Origin: Candidatus Hydrogenedentota bacterium
Lineage (GTDB): Bacteria > Hydrogenedentota > Hydrogenedentia > Hydrogenedentales > SLHB01
Direction: 5' to 3'
Length of the DNA stretch: 64,000 nucleotides
NCBI GenBank assembly: GCA_963745075.1
Contig: CAVUWV010000024.1
Coordinates: forward strand, 1 to 64,000
The position numbers and the translations under genes are program-made. Under the pieces are notes generated by a model, which was given only the letters and a program-made list of their open reading frames with translations, was not told the origin of the DNA and made no database searches. This document shows, in pieces, positions 30,858 to 42,950 of the stretch (position 1 is the first letter of the stretch; each line of letters opens with the position of its first letter).

Positions 30858-32801
30858 CTACGCTGGAATGGCGTCGAGTGCGCGTTGGGCGCGGTCGCGG
30901 ATGGCTTCGTCCTTAATCTTGGACAGGACAAGGTTCAGCGCATCACGTGCAGCAGCCCGGCCGTTTTCCTGCTTGCCGAGTTCGCCGGCCACGGAAATGA
31001 TGGCCGACGCGGCTTCCTTCTGCACGGACGGATCGTCGAGTTGCGGTGTTAACGCATCCAGTGCGGCCGGCGTGTGCAGCGTACCCCATGCAGCGAGAAC
31101 CTGCCATTTGGCCTCCTGCGTGGTGGCCATATCCATGGCGGTCTTCAGCATCTCGGCCTTCTTGGCGGCGTCGCCTTCCTCGCGGGCCAGGCGCACATAG
31201 CCTTGGAAAGCCTGCGCGGCCCGTGCCGGGTCGTTACCCTTGGCAAGCGCAAGCAGGTGCGGTGCGGCGTCGGTGCTCTGCCAATTTGCCAACACGCGGA
31301 CGGCCTCATCGCTCACGCCCTTGTCGGGACTTGCCACCGCCGCCACAACCGCGTCGAGGGCCTTCGGGCTGCCAATCTTGCCGAGCGTGCGCAGAAGGAT
31401 CGCGCGCGCGTCCGGGTTGGCGCCGTCTACAGCGCCGAGCACCGTCGGCAGGACCTCATCCCCGTACATGCCGGCGATCGCGTTGAGCGCTTCGGCGGCG
31501 GCGTTTCGCTCATCGACGTCCGCGGTGTTCGTGAGGAGAGCGACGATCGCCGGGGCTTCAGCCGGGGTTCCCAGTGTGACCAACGAACGCAGCGCCGCCA
31601 GACGCACGCCGGGGCTTTCGTTTTCGAGCCCCTTGACGGCCATGGGAACTGCTTGTTTTGCGGTGCGGTCCGTAAGCATTAGCAACAGCGCGCTGTGAAC
31701 GTCCGATGATGCTGCCTCCACCGCAGAGGCGATGGCTTCGTCCACTGTTTCTCCCGGCAAGTTGCGCAGGGCGAGGCGCGCCGCTGTTGCAACTTCCGGA
31801 TTATCGGAAACCAGTAACTTGGCCAGCGGAGCAACGTCATTCTCGTCGCCTACTTGCCCCAGCGCTTCGATAGCGGCCAGTTCTACGGCAGTATCGTCGC
31901 TTGCCGTTGCGGCGACGATGGCGTCGTGGGCTGCTTTGTCGCCGCGTCCGCCCAAGGCGCGCAACAGGGCCACCTGCCCTTCGGCAGGCAAGCCGGGCAG
32001 AGCCGCGACGTACTTCCTGGTGTCGGTCTTTCCAGAGGTCTCGGCCACGAGTTGCGCGGCAAGCCCGCGCAGCATGGGATCGTCGCCGGCCAGCGCGTCG
32101 ATGTTGCGCTTTGCGGCGGCACGTGGCTTGGCGTATGCGAGCCCGTGGAACGCGCCGAGGCGCGCATGCAACGTCCAGTTCGATTTCAGCAGCGCGGTGT
32201 CGATTTTTGCTGCGGCGTTGCCATTGCCCGATTCCGTAAGCTTCGTGGCCGCGGCGAGCAGTCCGTCCACAATCGCATTTTGGAGAACAGTGTCTGCGTT
32301 CTTTCCGGATTTGAATAGCGCCATCACCGCGTCGTCCGTACCGATGCGTCCCAGCGCACCGGCCGCGGCTTGAGCCGTTGCGGCGTCCGCGTCTTTGAGC
32401 AGTGGAATCAACAGCGGGACGGCCTGATCATCCTCGCGCTCGCCCAAGCTGATCACGATCCCCGTCCGGGCGCCTCCTGAAGTCTTGGGCAGCGCATCGC
32501 GCAGGGCCTGATCAACTTCGGGAAACGGCATCGGTTCCAGTGCGTTGCGCGCGATATGCGAAAGCGTCTCATCGGTCAGCAACGCCGCGAGCGCCGGAAT
32601 CGACTGCTGCGTACCAACGTGGCGCAGTTCACGGCATGCTTCCTGTTTCGCCATCCAATCGGCATTACTTTGGAGAATACCGATCAATTCCGCCTCGGGG
32701 CGCGGGTTATCTTCGTTTGCGAATACCGCTAACGAGCCCAGCGTCATCGTCGCTAAGAGGGCTGCCGCGAAGAGGCGCGTCAATTTCATTCTATCGTTCA
32801 T
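30858..32801 (-). CDS. Secreted HEAT-repeat protein
   Basis: Signal peptide; repeated AVPxLIxLL..AAAxALGxIG helices; follows a Gfo oxidoreductase. Confidence 0.85.
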   Translation of the reverse strand: MNDRMKLTRLFAAALLATMTLGSLAVFANEDNPRPEAELIGILQSNADWMAKQEACRELRHVGTQQSIPALAALLTDETLSHIARNALEPMPFPEVDQALRDALPKTSGGARTGIVISLGEREDDQAVPLLIPLLKDADAATAQAAAGALGRIGTDDAVMALFKSGKNADTVLQNAIVDGLLAAATKLTESGNGNAAAKIDTALLKSNWTLHARLGAFHGLAYAKPRAAAKRNIDALAGDDPMLRGLAAQLVAETSGKTDTRKYVAALPGLPAEGQVALLRALGGRGDKAAHDAIVAATASDDTAVELAAIEALGQVGDENDVAPLAKLLVSDNPEVATAARLALRNLPGETVDEAIASAVEAASSDVHSALLLMLTDRTAKQAVPMAVKGLENESPGVRLAALRSLVTLGTPAEAPAIVALLTNTADVDERNAAAEALNAIAGMYGDEVLPTVLGAVDGANPDARAILLRTLGKIGSPKALDAVVAAVASPDKGVSDEAVRVLANWQSTDAAPHLLALAKGNDPARAAQAFQGYVRLAREEGDAAKKAEMLKTAMDMATTQEAKWQVLAAWGTLHTPAALDALTPQLDDPSVQKEAASAIISVAGELGKQENGRAAARDALNLVLSKIKDEAIRDRAQRALDAIPA

Positions 32802-32862
32802 GGCTTTTTGCCTTTCTCAACTAGTCACCGTTCGATGTCATGCCAAATCGAGTTCACTAAAG

Positions 32863-34164
32863 CTACCGGTACCACGGATCGCGGTATGCGCGGTCCCGAA
32901 GCCGGTTCGCCTCCTCGTCGCCGATGCATTCCTCCTTGACGGGATCCCACTTGATGGGGCGTCCCAACCGCTTGACGAAATTCGCCAAGTGGCACGTGGA
33001 GATTGACCGGTGTGCCGTTTCCGCATTCGAGATCGTTTGCTTGCGCGACTTGACGCAATCGAGAAAAGCCCGGACGTGGTTGTCCGGTGGGTAACCGCCC
33101 TCAAAGCCCCGGTTACCAAGCAGCGATTTCGGATAAGTTTCAATTTGACCCGAGTCGCCGACCTCGACCCAGCCTTCCGTCCCTTCGAAGCGGACCGGGC
33201 AGGTGCCGAATCGCAGGCCCCGGCGAATGACGATCTTCGTGCCGCTGGGATACTGGCAGATGTAGCGATCGCCTTCCTTCCAGTATTCCGTGGGGCTGGT
33301 GTCATCCATGCCAGCGGCCCACTGGCACAGGTCCACGGTATGACTGCCCCATTCCGTAATGGCGGCGCCGCTGAAGTCGATGTGGTTGCTCCAGAACCCG
33401 CGCGTCGCGTATTTGGCATTGTACGGGCGCCAGGCCGCCGGTCCGAGCCACAAGTTGAAATCGAATTCTTCGCGCGGCGGCAGGGGTTCTTCCGGCAGGG
33501 TCTCGTAGTTGAAATCTTCCATGCCGGGCGCTTCTTCGGCTTGGAGTTCTTTCAGTTCACCGAGCTTGCCGCTTTGGGCGAGTTCCGCTGCCACCTTGAA
33601 ATGGGCGATGCTGCGGCGTTGCGTGCCGCATTGGAAGATGGTGCCCAAACGCTTCATCGTGTCCGACACCGCGCGCGATTCCTTGATCACCACGCTCATG
33701 GGCTTTTCGCAATACATATCTTTGCCCGCACGCGCCGCCAGCATGGAGACCATCGAGTGGTTGTTGTCACCCGTGGCGATGAGCACCGCGTCGATGTCAT
33801 CCCGCGCGAGAATGTCGCGGAAGTCCATATAGGTTTTGCAATCGGTGTTGCCGTAGTCCGCGTCCACTTCGCCCTTGCCAACCTCGCGCTTGTCCTTGTA
33901 GGCGTCGCACACGGCCACGACGTGCGCATCCGGCTGGGCCCGGAACGCGCGCATCACCGTGCGTCCGCGGCCGCCAAGACCGATCACGCCGACCGTAATG
34001 CGTTCGCTCGCGGCGACGTTCCCTTCAGCGCCCAGCGCGGCGGACGTGATGATGTTCGGCATGGCGACAAGCCCGCCCGCGGCCAGCGACGCTCGTTTCA
34101 TGAATTGCCGTCGGCTCCAGCGCCTTTTCGTTTCAGATTTATCCACGATATGCTCCCTCATCAT
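32863..34164 (-). CDS. Tat-exported Gfo/Idh/MocA oxidoreductase
   Basis: SRRQFMK Tat motif; VGVIGLGGRG; YCEKP; WLGPA; EWGSH. Confidence 0.9.
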   Translation of the reverse strand: MMREHIVDKSETKRRWSRRQFMKRASLAAGGLVAMPNIITSAALGAEGNVAASERITVGVIGLGGRGRTVMRAFRAQPDAHVVAVCDAYKDKREVGKGEVDADYGNTDCKTYMDFRDILARDDIDAVLIATGDNNHSMVSMLAARAGKDMYCEKPMSVVIKESRAVSDTMKRLGTIFQCGTQRRSIAHFKVAAELAQSGKLGELKELQAEEAPGMEDFNYETLPEEPLPPREEFDFNLWLGPAAWRPYNAKYATRGFWSNHIDFSGAAITEWGSHTVDLCQWAAGMDDTSPTEYWKEGDRYICQYPSGTKIVIRRGLRFGTCPVRFEGTEGWVEVGDSGQIETYPKSLLGNRGFEGGYPPDNHVRAFLDCVKSRKQTISNAETAHRSISTCHLANFVKRLGRPIKWDPVKEECIGDEEANRLRDRAYRDPWYR

Positions 34165-34409
34165 GTATCGGCGGAGATTCAGCGAGCGTTCGACTCGTTC
34201 GCCCACGGCCGCCACGTTCTTGGATCTACCCATTGGGTGTGTGAAAACAGCCGGCCCTTCGCACCAAGGGTCTTGAGAGTTTTACTCCCCGAGGGCTGGT
34301 TCGATCAAGAAGACGCCGAATCCGATCGGACGGATCCGTCCGATCCGACCGATCGGATGGCGGGCGACACAAAGTCTCGCGCGAAGTAGTTTCGGCTTTC
34401 AAACAGGGG

Positions 34410-34429
34410 TTGTGCTACACTCCCGCCTC
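34410..34429 (+). promoter_or_regulatory. Extended -10-like promoter motif TTGTGCTACACT (also at 35567 and 37481)
   Basis: Same motif 46-49 bp upstream of each of three paralogous ATGs; TGnTACACT fits an extended -10. Confidence 0.6.
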
Positions 34430-34455
34430 GAACGTTCTTGTCGGGGGTACACCGT

Positions 34456-35532
34456 ATGGACTCTTCCACGGAGACCAAATCACTGCACGAACGCTACGAC
34501 TGGCTGGACCAAGCGCGTGGCTTGATCGTGCTGCTATTGCTGGTCTCCATGCCGACGTCGCAGTATGCCGGCAATCTTCTAAAAGGCGACCCGCCACTCG
34601 GACCACCGATGTTGAACCACGGGTACGAGTATTTCTATGGGTATCCCACGATCATCACCTTCATCGATGTGGGGCAATGTTTGTTCATGTTCGTGCTCGG
34701 ATTCGTCGGGTACATGGCATTTACCAGCCGCCGGCGGAAGCGGGGTGGGCGTAGCGCGTTTTGGTACGCCGTCCGCCGGGTCGGCATTCTGTATGCCCTC
34801 TCGTTTACTGATGCTATCCTGCTGAATTACCTGGCCTCTGGCAAGCCAAAGTGGGACGATTTTTTCTACAACGGGGTCTTCGCGCTCATAGCCATAGGCT
34901 CGTTGGCGGCGTTTTTGAGTATGGCCTTTTGCCGCGATGCGGACCGGCGCTTTGGCATAGCCGTCGCGCTGACCATGCTGCACACGCTCCTTTATGCATT
35001 TCCCCTTTTCAATGAGCACACGCGGTTCGACGACGTGCTCGCATTGCCCCGATTCCCCTATGGCGCCTTGGGGCTCGCGAGCATGACGATTGCGGGAACG
35101 TGCTTCGGTCAGTGGTACAAAATGGTGCCGGATGATCCCCTGGTGGGGTTCCGAAAGCGTATCGTGCCCGTTTCGACGGCGGCCTTTGTCGCCGCATACT
35201 GCGTGGACTGGGTGCAACCCGCTCATCATCAAGACACCAATGCCGCGCTGCAATTGATCGCGTTGTACATGGGCGGATTCATGCTGATGATTTTCTTTGC
35301 TTTTGGACGCGCCGGATTCCGGTTTCCGCTGCTCAGCAGTCTTGGAAAGAACTTGCTCTTGATCTTTTTGGTGGGCGGGTTGTTCAACAGCATCTACCTG
35401 AATCTCATGCCCAAATCCTTTCTACTGCAGTCGCCCTATCTCGCGCTGCTCTTTGGCGGGGTCGTGCCGGTCGCGTTGTTCGCGTGGCTTGCCGTGGTTC
35501 TGGACAAGCGCGGCATCATGGTGCGCGCATGA
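34456..35532 (+). CDS. HGSNAT-like multi-pass membrane acyltransferase, paralog 1
   Basis: RYDWLDQARG and ITFIDVGQCLFMFVLG resemble HGSNAT/DUF1624-type N-termini; ~10 TM helices; LGKNLL. Confidence 0.65.
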   Translation: MDSSTETKSLHERYDWLDQARGLIVLLLLVSMPTSQYAGNLLKGDPPLGPPMLNHGYEYFYGYPTIITFIDVGQCLFMFVLGFVGYMAFTSRRRKRGGRSAFWYAVRRVGILYALSFTDAILLNYLASGKPKWDDFFYNGVFALIAIGSLAAFLSMAFCRDADRRFGIAVALTMLHTLLYAFPLFNEHTRFDDVLALPRFPYGALGLASMTIAGTCFGQWYKMVPDDPLVGFRKRIVPVSTAAFVAAYCVDWVQPAHHQDTNAALQLIALYMGGFMLMIFFAFGRAGFRFPLLSSLGKNLLLIFLVGGLFNSIYLNLMPKSFLLQSPYLALLFGGVVPVALFAWLAVVLDKRGIMVRA

Positions 35533-35615
35533 CGGAGGAGCGGAGACTTCAAATGGCGGGTACTGCTTGTGCTACACTACCGCCTCAGGCGAAGTGATGA
35601 GTATGGGGGTAGCGT

Positions 35616-36692
35616 ATGGATTCTTCCACGGAAAAGAAGCCATTACACAAACGGTACGACTGGCTGGACCAGGCGCGCGGATTGATCGTACTGCTGTTGC
35701 TGGCCTCGATGCCCACCTCGCAGTATGAGGGTTCTCTGCTGAAAGGCGATCGGCCGCTCGGGCCACCCATGCTGAACCATGGGTTCTCCTATTACGACGG
35801 CTACCCGTCAATCATCACCTTCATTGATGTGGGACAATCCATCTTTCTGTTCGTGCTCGGTTTCGTCGGTTACATCGCGTTTACCAGCCGTTGGCGAAAG
35901 CGGGGCGGTTGGAGCGCATTCGGATACGCTGCGCGGCGTGTTGGCATTCTGTACGTGCTGTCGTTTATCGATGCCATTTTCCTCAGCTACGTCTTTTCGG
36001 GCGTGAGCCATTGGGACGACTGCATCTACGACGGCACCTTCGCGCTCATCGCGATCGGCTCTTTCGCAGCGTTTTTGAGCATCGCCCTGTGCGCGGATGC
36101 GGACCGGCGCTTCGGCATTGCTGTCGGCTTGCTGATGCTGCACGCACTGCTCTATGCCTTTCCCGTTTTTGATGAATACACCTGGTCCGACAACGTGCTC
36201 GGGTTACCCCAATTTCCCTTTGCGGCTCTGGGACTGTCGACCATGGCGATTGCGGGTACCTGTTTCGGTCAGTGGCTCATGATGGATCCCGATGATCCCC
36301 TGGTGGGGTTTCGCAAACGGATCGTTCCCATATCGACGGCGGCCTTTGTTGCGGCCTACTGTGTGGACTGGATTCAACCGGCCGAACATCACCGGACCAA
36401 TGCCGCACTGCAATTGATTTCGTTGTACATGGCCGGGTTCATGCTGATGATCTTTTTCTCATTCGGCCGCGTCGGGTTCCGGTTTCCGCTGCTCAGCAGT
36501 ATGGGAAAGAACTTGTTGCTCCTCTTCGCGGTGGGCGGGCTTTTCAACAACATCTACTTGGGCCTTGTCCCCAAATCCTTGCTGCTCCAGTCGCCCTATC
36601 TCGCGCTGGTCCTCGGGGCGATCGCACCGGTCGCGATATGCGCCTGGGCTGCCGTGATCCTATACAAACGCGGCATCATGGTGCGCGCATGA
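35616..36692 (+). CDS. HGSNAT-like membrane protein, paralog 2
   Basis: Colinear with and closely similar to paralog 1. Confidence 0.65.
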   Translation: MDSSTEKKPLHKRYDWLDQARGLIVLLLLASMPTSQYEGSLLKGDRPLGPPMLNHGFSYYDGYPSIITFIDVGQSIFLFVLGFVGYIAFTSRWRKRGGWSAFGYAARRVGILYVLSFIDAIFLSYVFSGVSHWDDCIYDGTFALIAIGSFAAFLSIALCADADRRFGIAVGLLMLHALLYAFPVFDEYTWSDNVLGLPQFPFAALGLSTMAIAGTCFGQWLMMDPDDPLVGFRKRIVPISTAAFVAAYCVDWIQPAEHHRTNAALQLISLYMAGFMLMIFFSFGRVGFRFPLLSSMGKNLLLLFAVGGLFNNIYLGLVPKSLLLQSPYLALVLGAIAPVAICAWAAVILYKRGIMVRA

Positions 36693-37402
36693 GCAAGGAG
36701 CGCAAATCGGTACGCAAGCGCACGGTCGCGCTGGCCATCGGTGCGGCGCTGTATCTCTTTGTTCTTCACATCGGATTGGAGCAGCGCAAAGCCGCCACGG
36801 AGCGCGCCGCGGACGGGAACCGGACCATCGCCGTTTCCCGCATCGCTGGAGCCTACGCCCACAATAACGAGGGCGAATTTCCACCCCTCGATCCGGCACG
36901 CCGTTTTTCCTATGCCCCAAGCGAAGTTTCGCTGGCCTATGAGATAGCCAAGGATCCGGAAGACGAGAACGCGTTCGTGCCGGTCTATTCCATGATCGTC
37001 GGCGACTTGGGGCATGACAGCGTATTCGGATTAGAGCCCGTTTGGGATCCCGCGAAATTCTGGTACCTTGGCTTCGCCACGACCAACGAACGGGAAGGCC
37101 TCGCGCTCGCCAACGCGGTGCACGGTAGTGCGCCGCTTACGGACGACATTCAGGTCCCGAAGGGGGAGGGTACCTTGGGGACCGCGAAACTCTACCGGCT
37201 TCACATGTATCTGCTCAAAACACTCGTGGGCGACGGCGTCCTCACTGAGGAGGACCCCGCAGTCCGTTACCGAATTCCCATTCTCATTCAACGGCCTGTA
37301 GATGGCCATGCCTGGGTTGTCTACCTCGACTTCCACACCGAATACCTGCCCTATCCCGGCCCGTATCCGCTTACCGAAAAATTTATCCAAGCGCTCGACT
37401 AG
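36689..37402 (+). CDS. Membrane-anchored hypothetical protein, copy 1
   Basis: ATGA overlap with upstream stop; basic N-terminus plus one TM; paralog at 38600. Confidence 0.75.
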   Translation: MSKERKSVRKRTVALAIGAALYLFVLHIGLEQRKAATERAADGNRTIAVSRIAGAYAHNNEGEFPPLDPARRFSYAPSEVSLAYEIAKDPEDENAFVPVYSMIVGDLGHDSVFGLEPVWDPAKFWYLGFATTNEREGLALANAVHGSAPLTDDIQVPKGEGTLGTAKLYRLHMYLLKTLVGDGVLTEEDPAVRYRIPILIQRPVDGHAWVVYLDFHTEYLPYPGPYPLTEKFIQALD

Positions 37403-37526
37403 CCGTGGTTACGAATCCTATTGGACGACTGGAATCAACGCCCTTTCGGGCGGCGTGGTGCTTCGGATTTCGCGCTCAGATTGTGCTACACTCCCGCCCC
37501 GGAAGTATCGGCCCGGGGTGTACTGC

Positions 37527-38603
37527 ATGAAATCTTCCACCGAGATCAAACCACTGCACGAACGCTACGACTGGCTGGATCAGGCCCGAGGTTTGATCGC
37601 GCTGCTGTTGCTGGTTTCCATGCCGACATCGGAATACTCCGGCGATTTTCTAAAGGGGGATCCGCCGGTCGGACCGCCGATGCTCAATCACGGATTCGAG
37701 TTCCTCCGCGAGTACCCGCCGATGATCACCTTCATTGACGTCGGGCAGGCCCTGTTCTTGTTCGTGCTCGGTTTCGTCGGGTACACGGCGTTCACGAGCC
37801 GGTGGAGGAAGCGGGGTGGGCGGAGTGCGTTCTGGTACGCCGCGCGTCGGGTCGGCATTTTGTATGCCCTTTCGTTCTTTTTTTCCGTCGCGCTCCGCTA
37901 TCTGCGTGGCGGTCGAGCGGATTGGGACAATTTCTTCTACAACAGCCCCTTCGCATTGATTGCGATCGGCTCCTTTGCGGCGTTTTTAAGCATTGCTCTT
38001 TGCGCTGACGCGGACCGGCGGTTTGGGATTGCGGTTGGACTGACAATGCTCCATGGGCTGCTCTGCGCGTTCCCCGTTCTTGACGGGTACACCTGGTTGG
38101 ACGACGTGTTCCGGTTTCCCGAGTTCCCGTTTGGCGCCTTGGGGCTGTCGAGCATGGCGATTGCCGGGACCTGCTTCGGTCAGTGGTACAAAATGGACCC
38201 CGATGACCCCATGGTGGGGATTCGAACACGAATGGTACCCGTTTCAACCGCAGCCTTTGTCGCGGCCTACTGCGTGGATTGGATTCAACCCGCCGAACAT
38301 CATGAGGTTAACGCCGCGCTGCAGTTGATCGCATTGTACATGGGCGGATTCATGCTGCTGATCTTCTTTGCCTTCGGCCGGGTCGGAATCCGGTTTCCCC
38401 TGCTCAGCAGTCTTGGGAAAAACCTGCTCCTTATTTTCGCACTGGGCGGATTGTTCAACAGTTTCTATCTGCCGCTGATCCCCAAGGCGTTCCTGTTGGA
38501 ATGGCCGTATCTTGGGCTGGTTCTGGGTGGGATCGTCCCGGTCGCCTTGTTTGTGTGGTTTGCGGTGATCCTCGATAAGCGCGGCATCATGGTGCGCGCA
38601 TGA
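37527..38603 (+). CDS. HGSNAT-like membrane protein, paralog 3
   Basis: Colinear with paralogs 1 and 2. Confidence 0.65.
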   Translation: MKSSTEIKPLHERYDWLDQARGLIALLLLVSMPTSEYSGDFLKGDPPVGPPMLNHGFEFLREYPPMITFIDVGQALFLFVLGFVGYTAFTSRWRKRGGRSAFWYAARRVGILYALSFFFSVALRYLRGGRADWDNFFYNSPFALIAIGSFAAFLSIALCADADRRFGIAVGLTMLHGLLCAFPVLDGYTWLDDVFRFPEFPFGALGLSSMAIAGTCFGQWYKMDPDDPMVGIRTRMVPVSTAAFVAAYCVDWIQPAEHHEVNAALQLIALYMGGFMLLIFFAFGRVGIRFPLLSSLGKNLLLIFALGGLFNSFYLPLIPKAFLLEWPYLGLVLGGIVPVALFVWFAVILDKRGIMVRA

Positions 38604-39301
38604 GTACGAAACGCAAACGCAAGCTGCTCCTGGTGATCGTGGCGGGGTTGTATCTCCTGGTGTTCCGCGTCGGATTGGAACGGCGCCAAACGATGGAACA
38701 ACGTGCCGTTGATGGCAACCACGCCATTTCCGTCTCCCGAATCGCCGGGGTTTACGCGTACAACCACGAGGGCGTTTGGCCGCCACTCGATCCGGCGCGC
38801 CGTTTCGCCTATGCGCCAAGCGCGGTTTCCCTGGCGTACGAGATAGCCAAGCCATCCGAAAACAACGACGAATTCGTGCCGGTTGAAGCGATTATCGACG
38901 GCCGCTTGGGCCGTCACAATTCGTTGAACCTGACACGGGTCTGGAAGCCCGGAGAGTACTACTACCTCGGCTACGCCACCACCTGCGAGCAGGAAGGACT
39001 AGCTCTCGCCGCAGTCGTGCACGGCGACGTTGCACTTACCGAGAACATCCCCGTACGGCAGAAAGAGGGTACCCTCGGTACCGCAAAACTGTACGGGCTT
39101 CACAACGATTTGCTTAAAACGCTTGTGGATGACGGCGTGCTTACCGAAGAAGATCCCGCAGTCCGCCACCGGATTCCCATCCTCATTCAACGGCCCGTAA
39201 ACGGTCACGCCTGGGTCGTCTACCTCGACTTCCAGACTGAATACCTGCCCTATCCCGGTCCGTATCCCCTGACCGAAAACTTCATCCAAGCCCTCGACTA
39301 A
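38600..39301 (+). CDS. Membrane-anchored hypothetical protein, copy 2
   Basis: ATGA overlap; shares RIPILIQRP..GHAWVVYLDF.TEYLPYPGPYPLT with copy 1. Confidence 0.75.
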   Translation: MSTKRKRKLLLVIVAGLYLLVFRVGLERRQTMEQRAVDGNHAISVSRIAGVYAYNHEGVWPPLDPARRFAYAPSAVSLAYEIAKPSENNDEFVPVEAIIDGRLGRHNSLNLTRVWKPGEYYYLGYATTCEQEGLALAAVVHGDVALTENIPVRQKEGTLGTAKLYGLHNDLLKTLVDDGVLTEEDPAVRHRIPILIQRPVNGHAWVVYLDFQTEYLPYPGPYPLTENFIQALD

Positions 39302-39544
39302 TCCTCTTCCGGAGAACGGTTTTTCAACTCGCCGATGCCAATCGCCGTCCTTCGAAGAGTAGACGGCATGGACGCGATGGACGGTGCGCTAACGATCGTG
39401 GACATTCCAGTATCGTCAGCGGTGTGGCGGTGCCCCAATATATTGATCGAATACGCGGACTTGAAAGCGTATTGCGGCGGGGGTCAATACGAAGGGACAT
39501 GAAACCCCACAGGGCTGCACGTCCCTTCGTCGTAGCTTGAAGTT

Positions 39545-40942
<1,398 letters not shown>

Positions 40943-41204
40943 GATGCTGACATCCTTTCCACGTTGGAACGTGATTCACTCTCGACAGTATTACCTCAGT
41001 CTAACGGACGCAGAGGAAAACATACAAGGAGAGGTGACAGGAGAGGTGAGAGGCTGGAGTCCGAAGGCGGGAGGGAAGGAATTTCGTATTTTGATCAGCA
41101 CAGTTCACCGCGCCGACGCAGATTACAGTGGACACGGCAGTGCCCCCAGGTGTAGCCTTAACCCAGAACGTGTGAATCAATCCTTCGGGGGAAGGGATGT
41201 AGTT

Positions 41205-42770
41205 ATGGATACGACACGGAAGCTTTCGGGGTGTATGGGGTGCCAAATCGACCGCCGGCGTTTTCTCGCCACGGGATGCGCAGCATGCATGGGGGCGGCG
41301 GGAGCGCTGTTTGCGCCTCGGCGAGTCCACGCGGCGCAGGGGGCGGAAAAGGCGCGTATCAAGATCGTCTATTCGCTTCATGCGGAAGTTCAACCCGGGC
41401 CGGACTGGCCGAACGTGGGATTCGATTTCCGTCCCGTGATGGAACGGATCACCAACGGGTTGACCCAGGCCTGCCCGGAATACGAAATCAGTTCCGCCAT
41501 GGCCACGGGACAGGAAGAGGCGGAGAAGATTCTCGCAGGGGATGCCTCCGCCGGCATCGACGGGTACATCGTCTATCAGATGAACTGCTGGAACAAGGTC
41601 GTGCAGTCCTTAGCCACGTCCGGAAAGCCGGTGCTCTACGCCGATTTCCAATTTGCGGGGAGCGGCGGGTTCCTCGTCTACACGGCGGGATTCCTTCGTA
41701 ACCAGACGCCGAACGTCGCTTTCGTCGCTTCGTCGGACTTCGATGATCTCGTTGCAGCAGCGAAATGCTTCGCGGTCGTCAAGGGCGGCGGCTCGCCGGT
41801 GGAGTTTGTCACGGCGGTCGCACGATCGCGGATCGAAAGTACCCCCAAGCCCGGCGATTTGACGTGTCTGCCGGATAAGTTAGAAGTGCTTTCTACGGAA
41901 GACTGTCTACGCCGAATCAGCGAATCCAAGATTCTTGCGATACGCGATCAGGAATCCGGCGAACAGCCGCCCATGTTCGGCATTGCGGTGCAGAAAGTGC
42001 CGTTCGCCGAATTGAACGATGCCTGGGCGGCGGCCGACAAGGATGAAGCCTCGGCAATCGCCGATAGTTGGCAACTGAACGCGCGGTCGGTGATCGATAT
42101 CCCTCGCGACGTTTTGGAAACGTCGGCGGCCATGTACCTCGGCGAGAAGGCGGTCTTGAAGAAGTACGACGCCAACGCGATCACCATCAACTGTCTCGGC
42201 GGATTCTATGGTGGGCACATTCACGCCTATCCATGCCTTGGCTTCCATCAGTTGAACAACGAAGGCCTCGTCGGCGGTTGTGAATGCGACGTTCGGTCTG
42301 CAGCCACGATGACGGCGTTTGGCGCGCTGACGCAAGGTCGTCCGGGCTACATTTCCGATCCGGTGATGGACACGGCGAAGCGGCAGATCATTTACGCGCA
42401 CTGCGTCGCGTCAAACCGCGCATTCGGGCCGGACGGCGAGGCGAATCCCTTCGACATCATGACCCACTCTGAGGATCGGCAAGGGGCGTCGGTCCGGTCG
42501 ATCCTTCCGGTGGGGTACATGACGACGACGCTCGAAGTCGACACGGACAAGAAGGAAATTCTTTTCCACCAGGGCAAAGCAGTCGCGAACGATCCCAACG
42601 ATCGGGCGTGCCGCACGAAACTGTGCGCGGAACCCGTGGGCGATTTCGAAAAGCTCTTCTCGGAATGGGACCGCTGGGGCTGGCACCGGGTCACGTTCTA
42701 CGGCGACATCAAGGAACCGGTCTTCGCGCTGGCGGATGCGACGGGATACAAGGTCGTAGAGGAGGCGTAG
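41205..42770 (+). CDS. Tat-signal protein with L-fucose/L-arabinose isomerase-like C-terminal region
   Basis: DRRRFL Tat motif; AITINCL..YPCLG..GCECD..SDP..YAHC..CRTK..WHRVTFYGD. Confidence 0.7.
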   Translation: MDTTRKLSGCMGCQIDRRRFLATGCAACMGAAGALFAPRRVHAAQGAEKARIKIVYSLHAEVQPGPDWPNVGFDFRPVMERITNGLTQACPEYEISSAMATGQEEAEKILAGDASAGIDGYIVYQMNCWNKVVQSLATSGKPVLYADFQFAGSGGFLVYTAGFLRNQTPNVAFVASSDFDDLVAAAKCFAVVKGGGSPVEFVTAVARSRIESTPKPGDLTCLPDKLEVLSTEDCLRRISESKILAIRDQESGEQPPMFGIAVQKVPFAELNDAWAAADKDEASAIADSWQLNARSVIDIPRDVLETSAAMYLGEKAVLKKYDANAITINCLGGFYGGHIHAYPCLGFHQLNNEGLVGGCECDVRSAATMTAFGALTQGRPGYISDPVMDTAKRQIIYAHCVASNRAFGPDGEANPFDIMTHSEDRQGASVRSILPVGYMTTTLEVDTDKKEILFHQGKAVANDPNDRACRTKLCAEPVGDFEKLFSEWDRWGWHRVTFYGDIKEPVFALADATGYKVVEEA

Positions 42771-42950
42771 ACGGTAAGTCTTTGCGGCGATGGATCCCGG
42801 CTTTCGAGTCCGACCCGGACAAGGGCAAACCACGGCCATTGGTACAACTCGATTTGCGGGCCTTGTTCTTAGCAGCTTGCGAAGGATCTCTGAACGGTCA
42901 AGCGTTGGCGTGATGAGATCCTTCGCAAGTTCAGGATGACGCGGTGGTGC

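Noticed and set aside
34321..34358. TCCGATCGGACGGATCCGTCCGATCCGACCGATCGGA palindromic run
   Set aside because: Single occurrence here; cannot be established as a repeat family without the rest of the genome.
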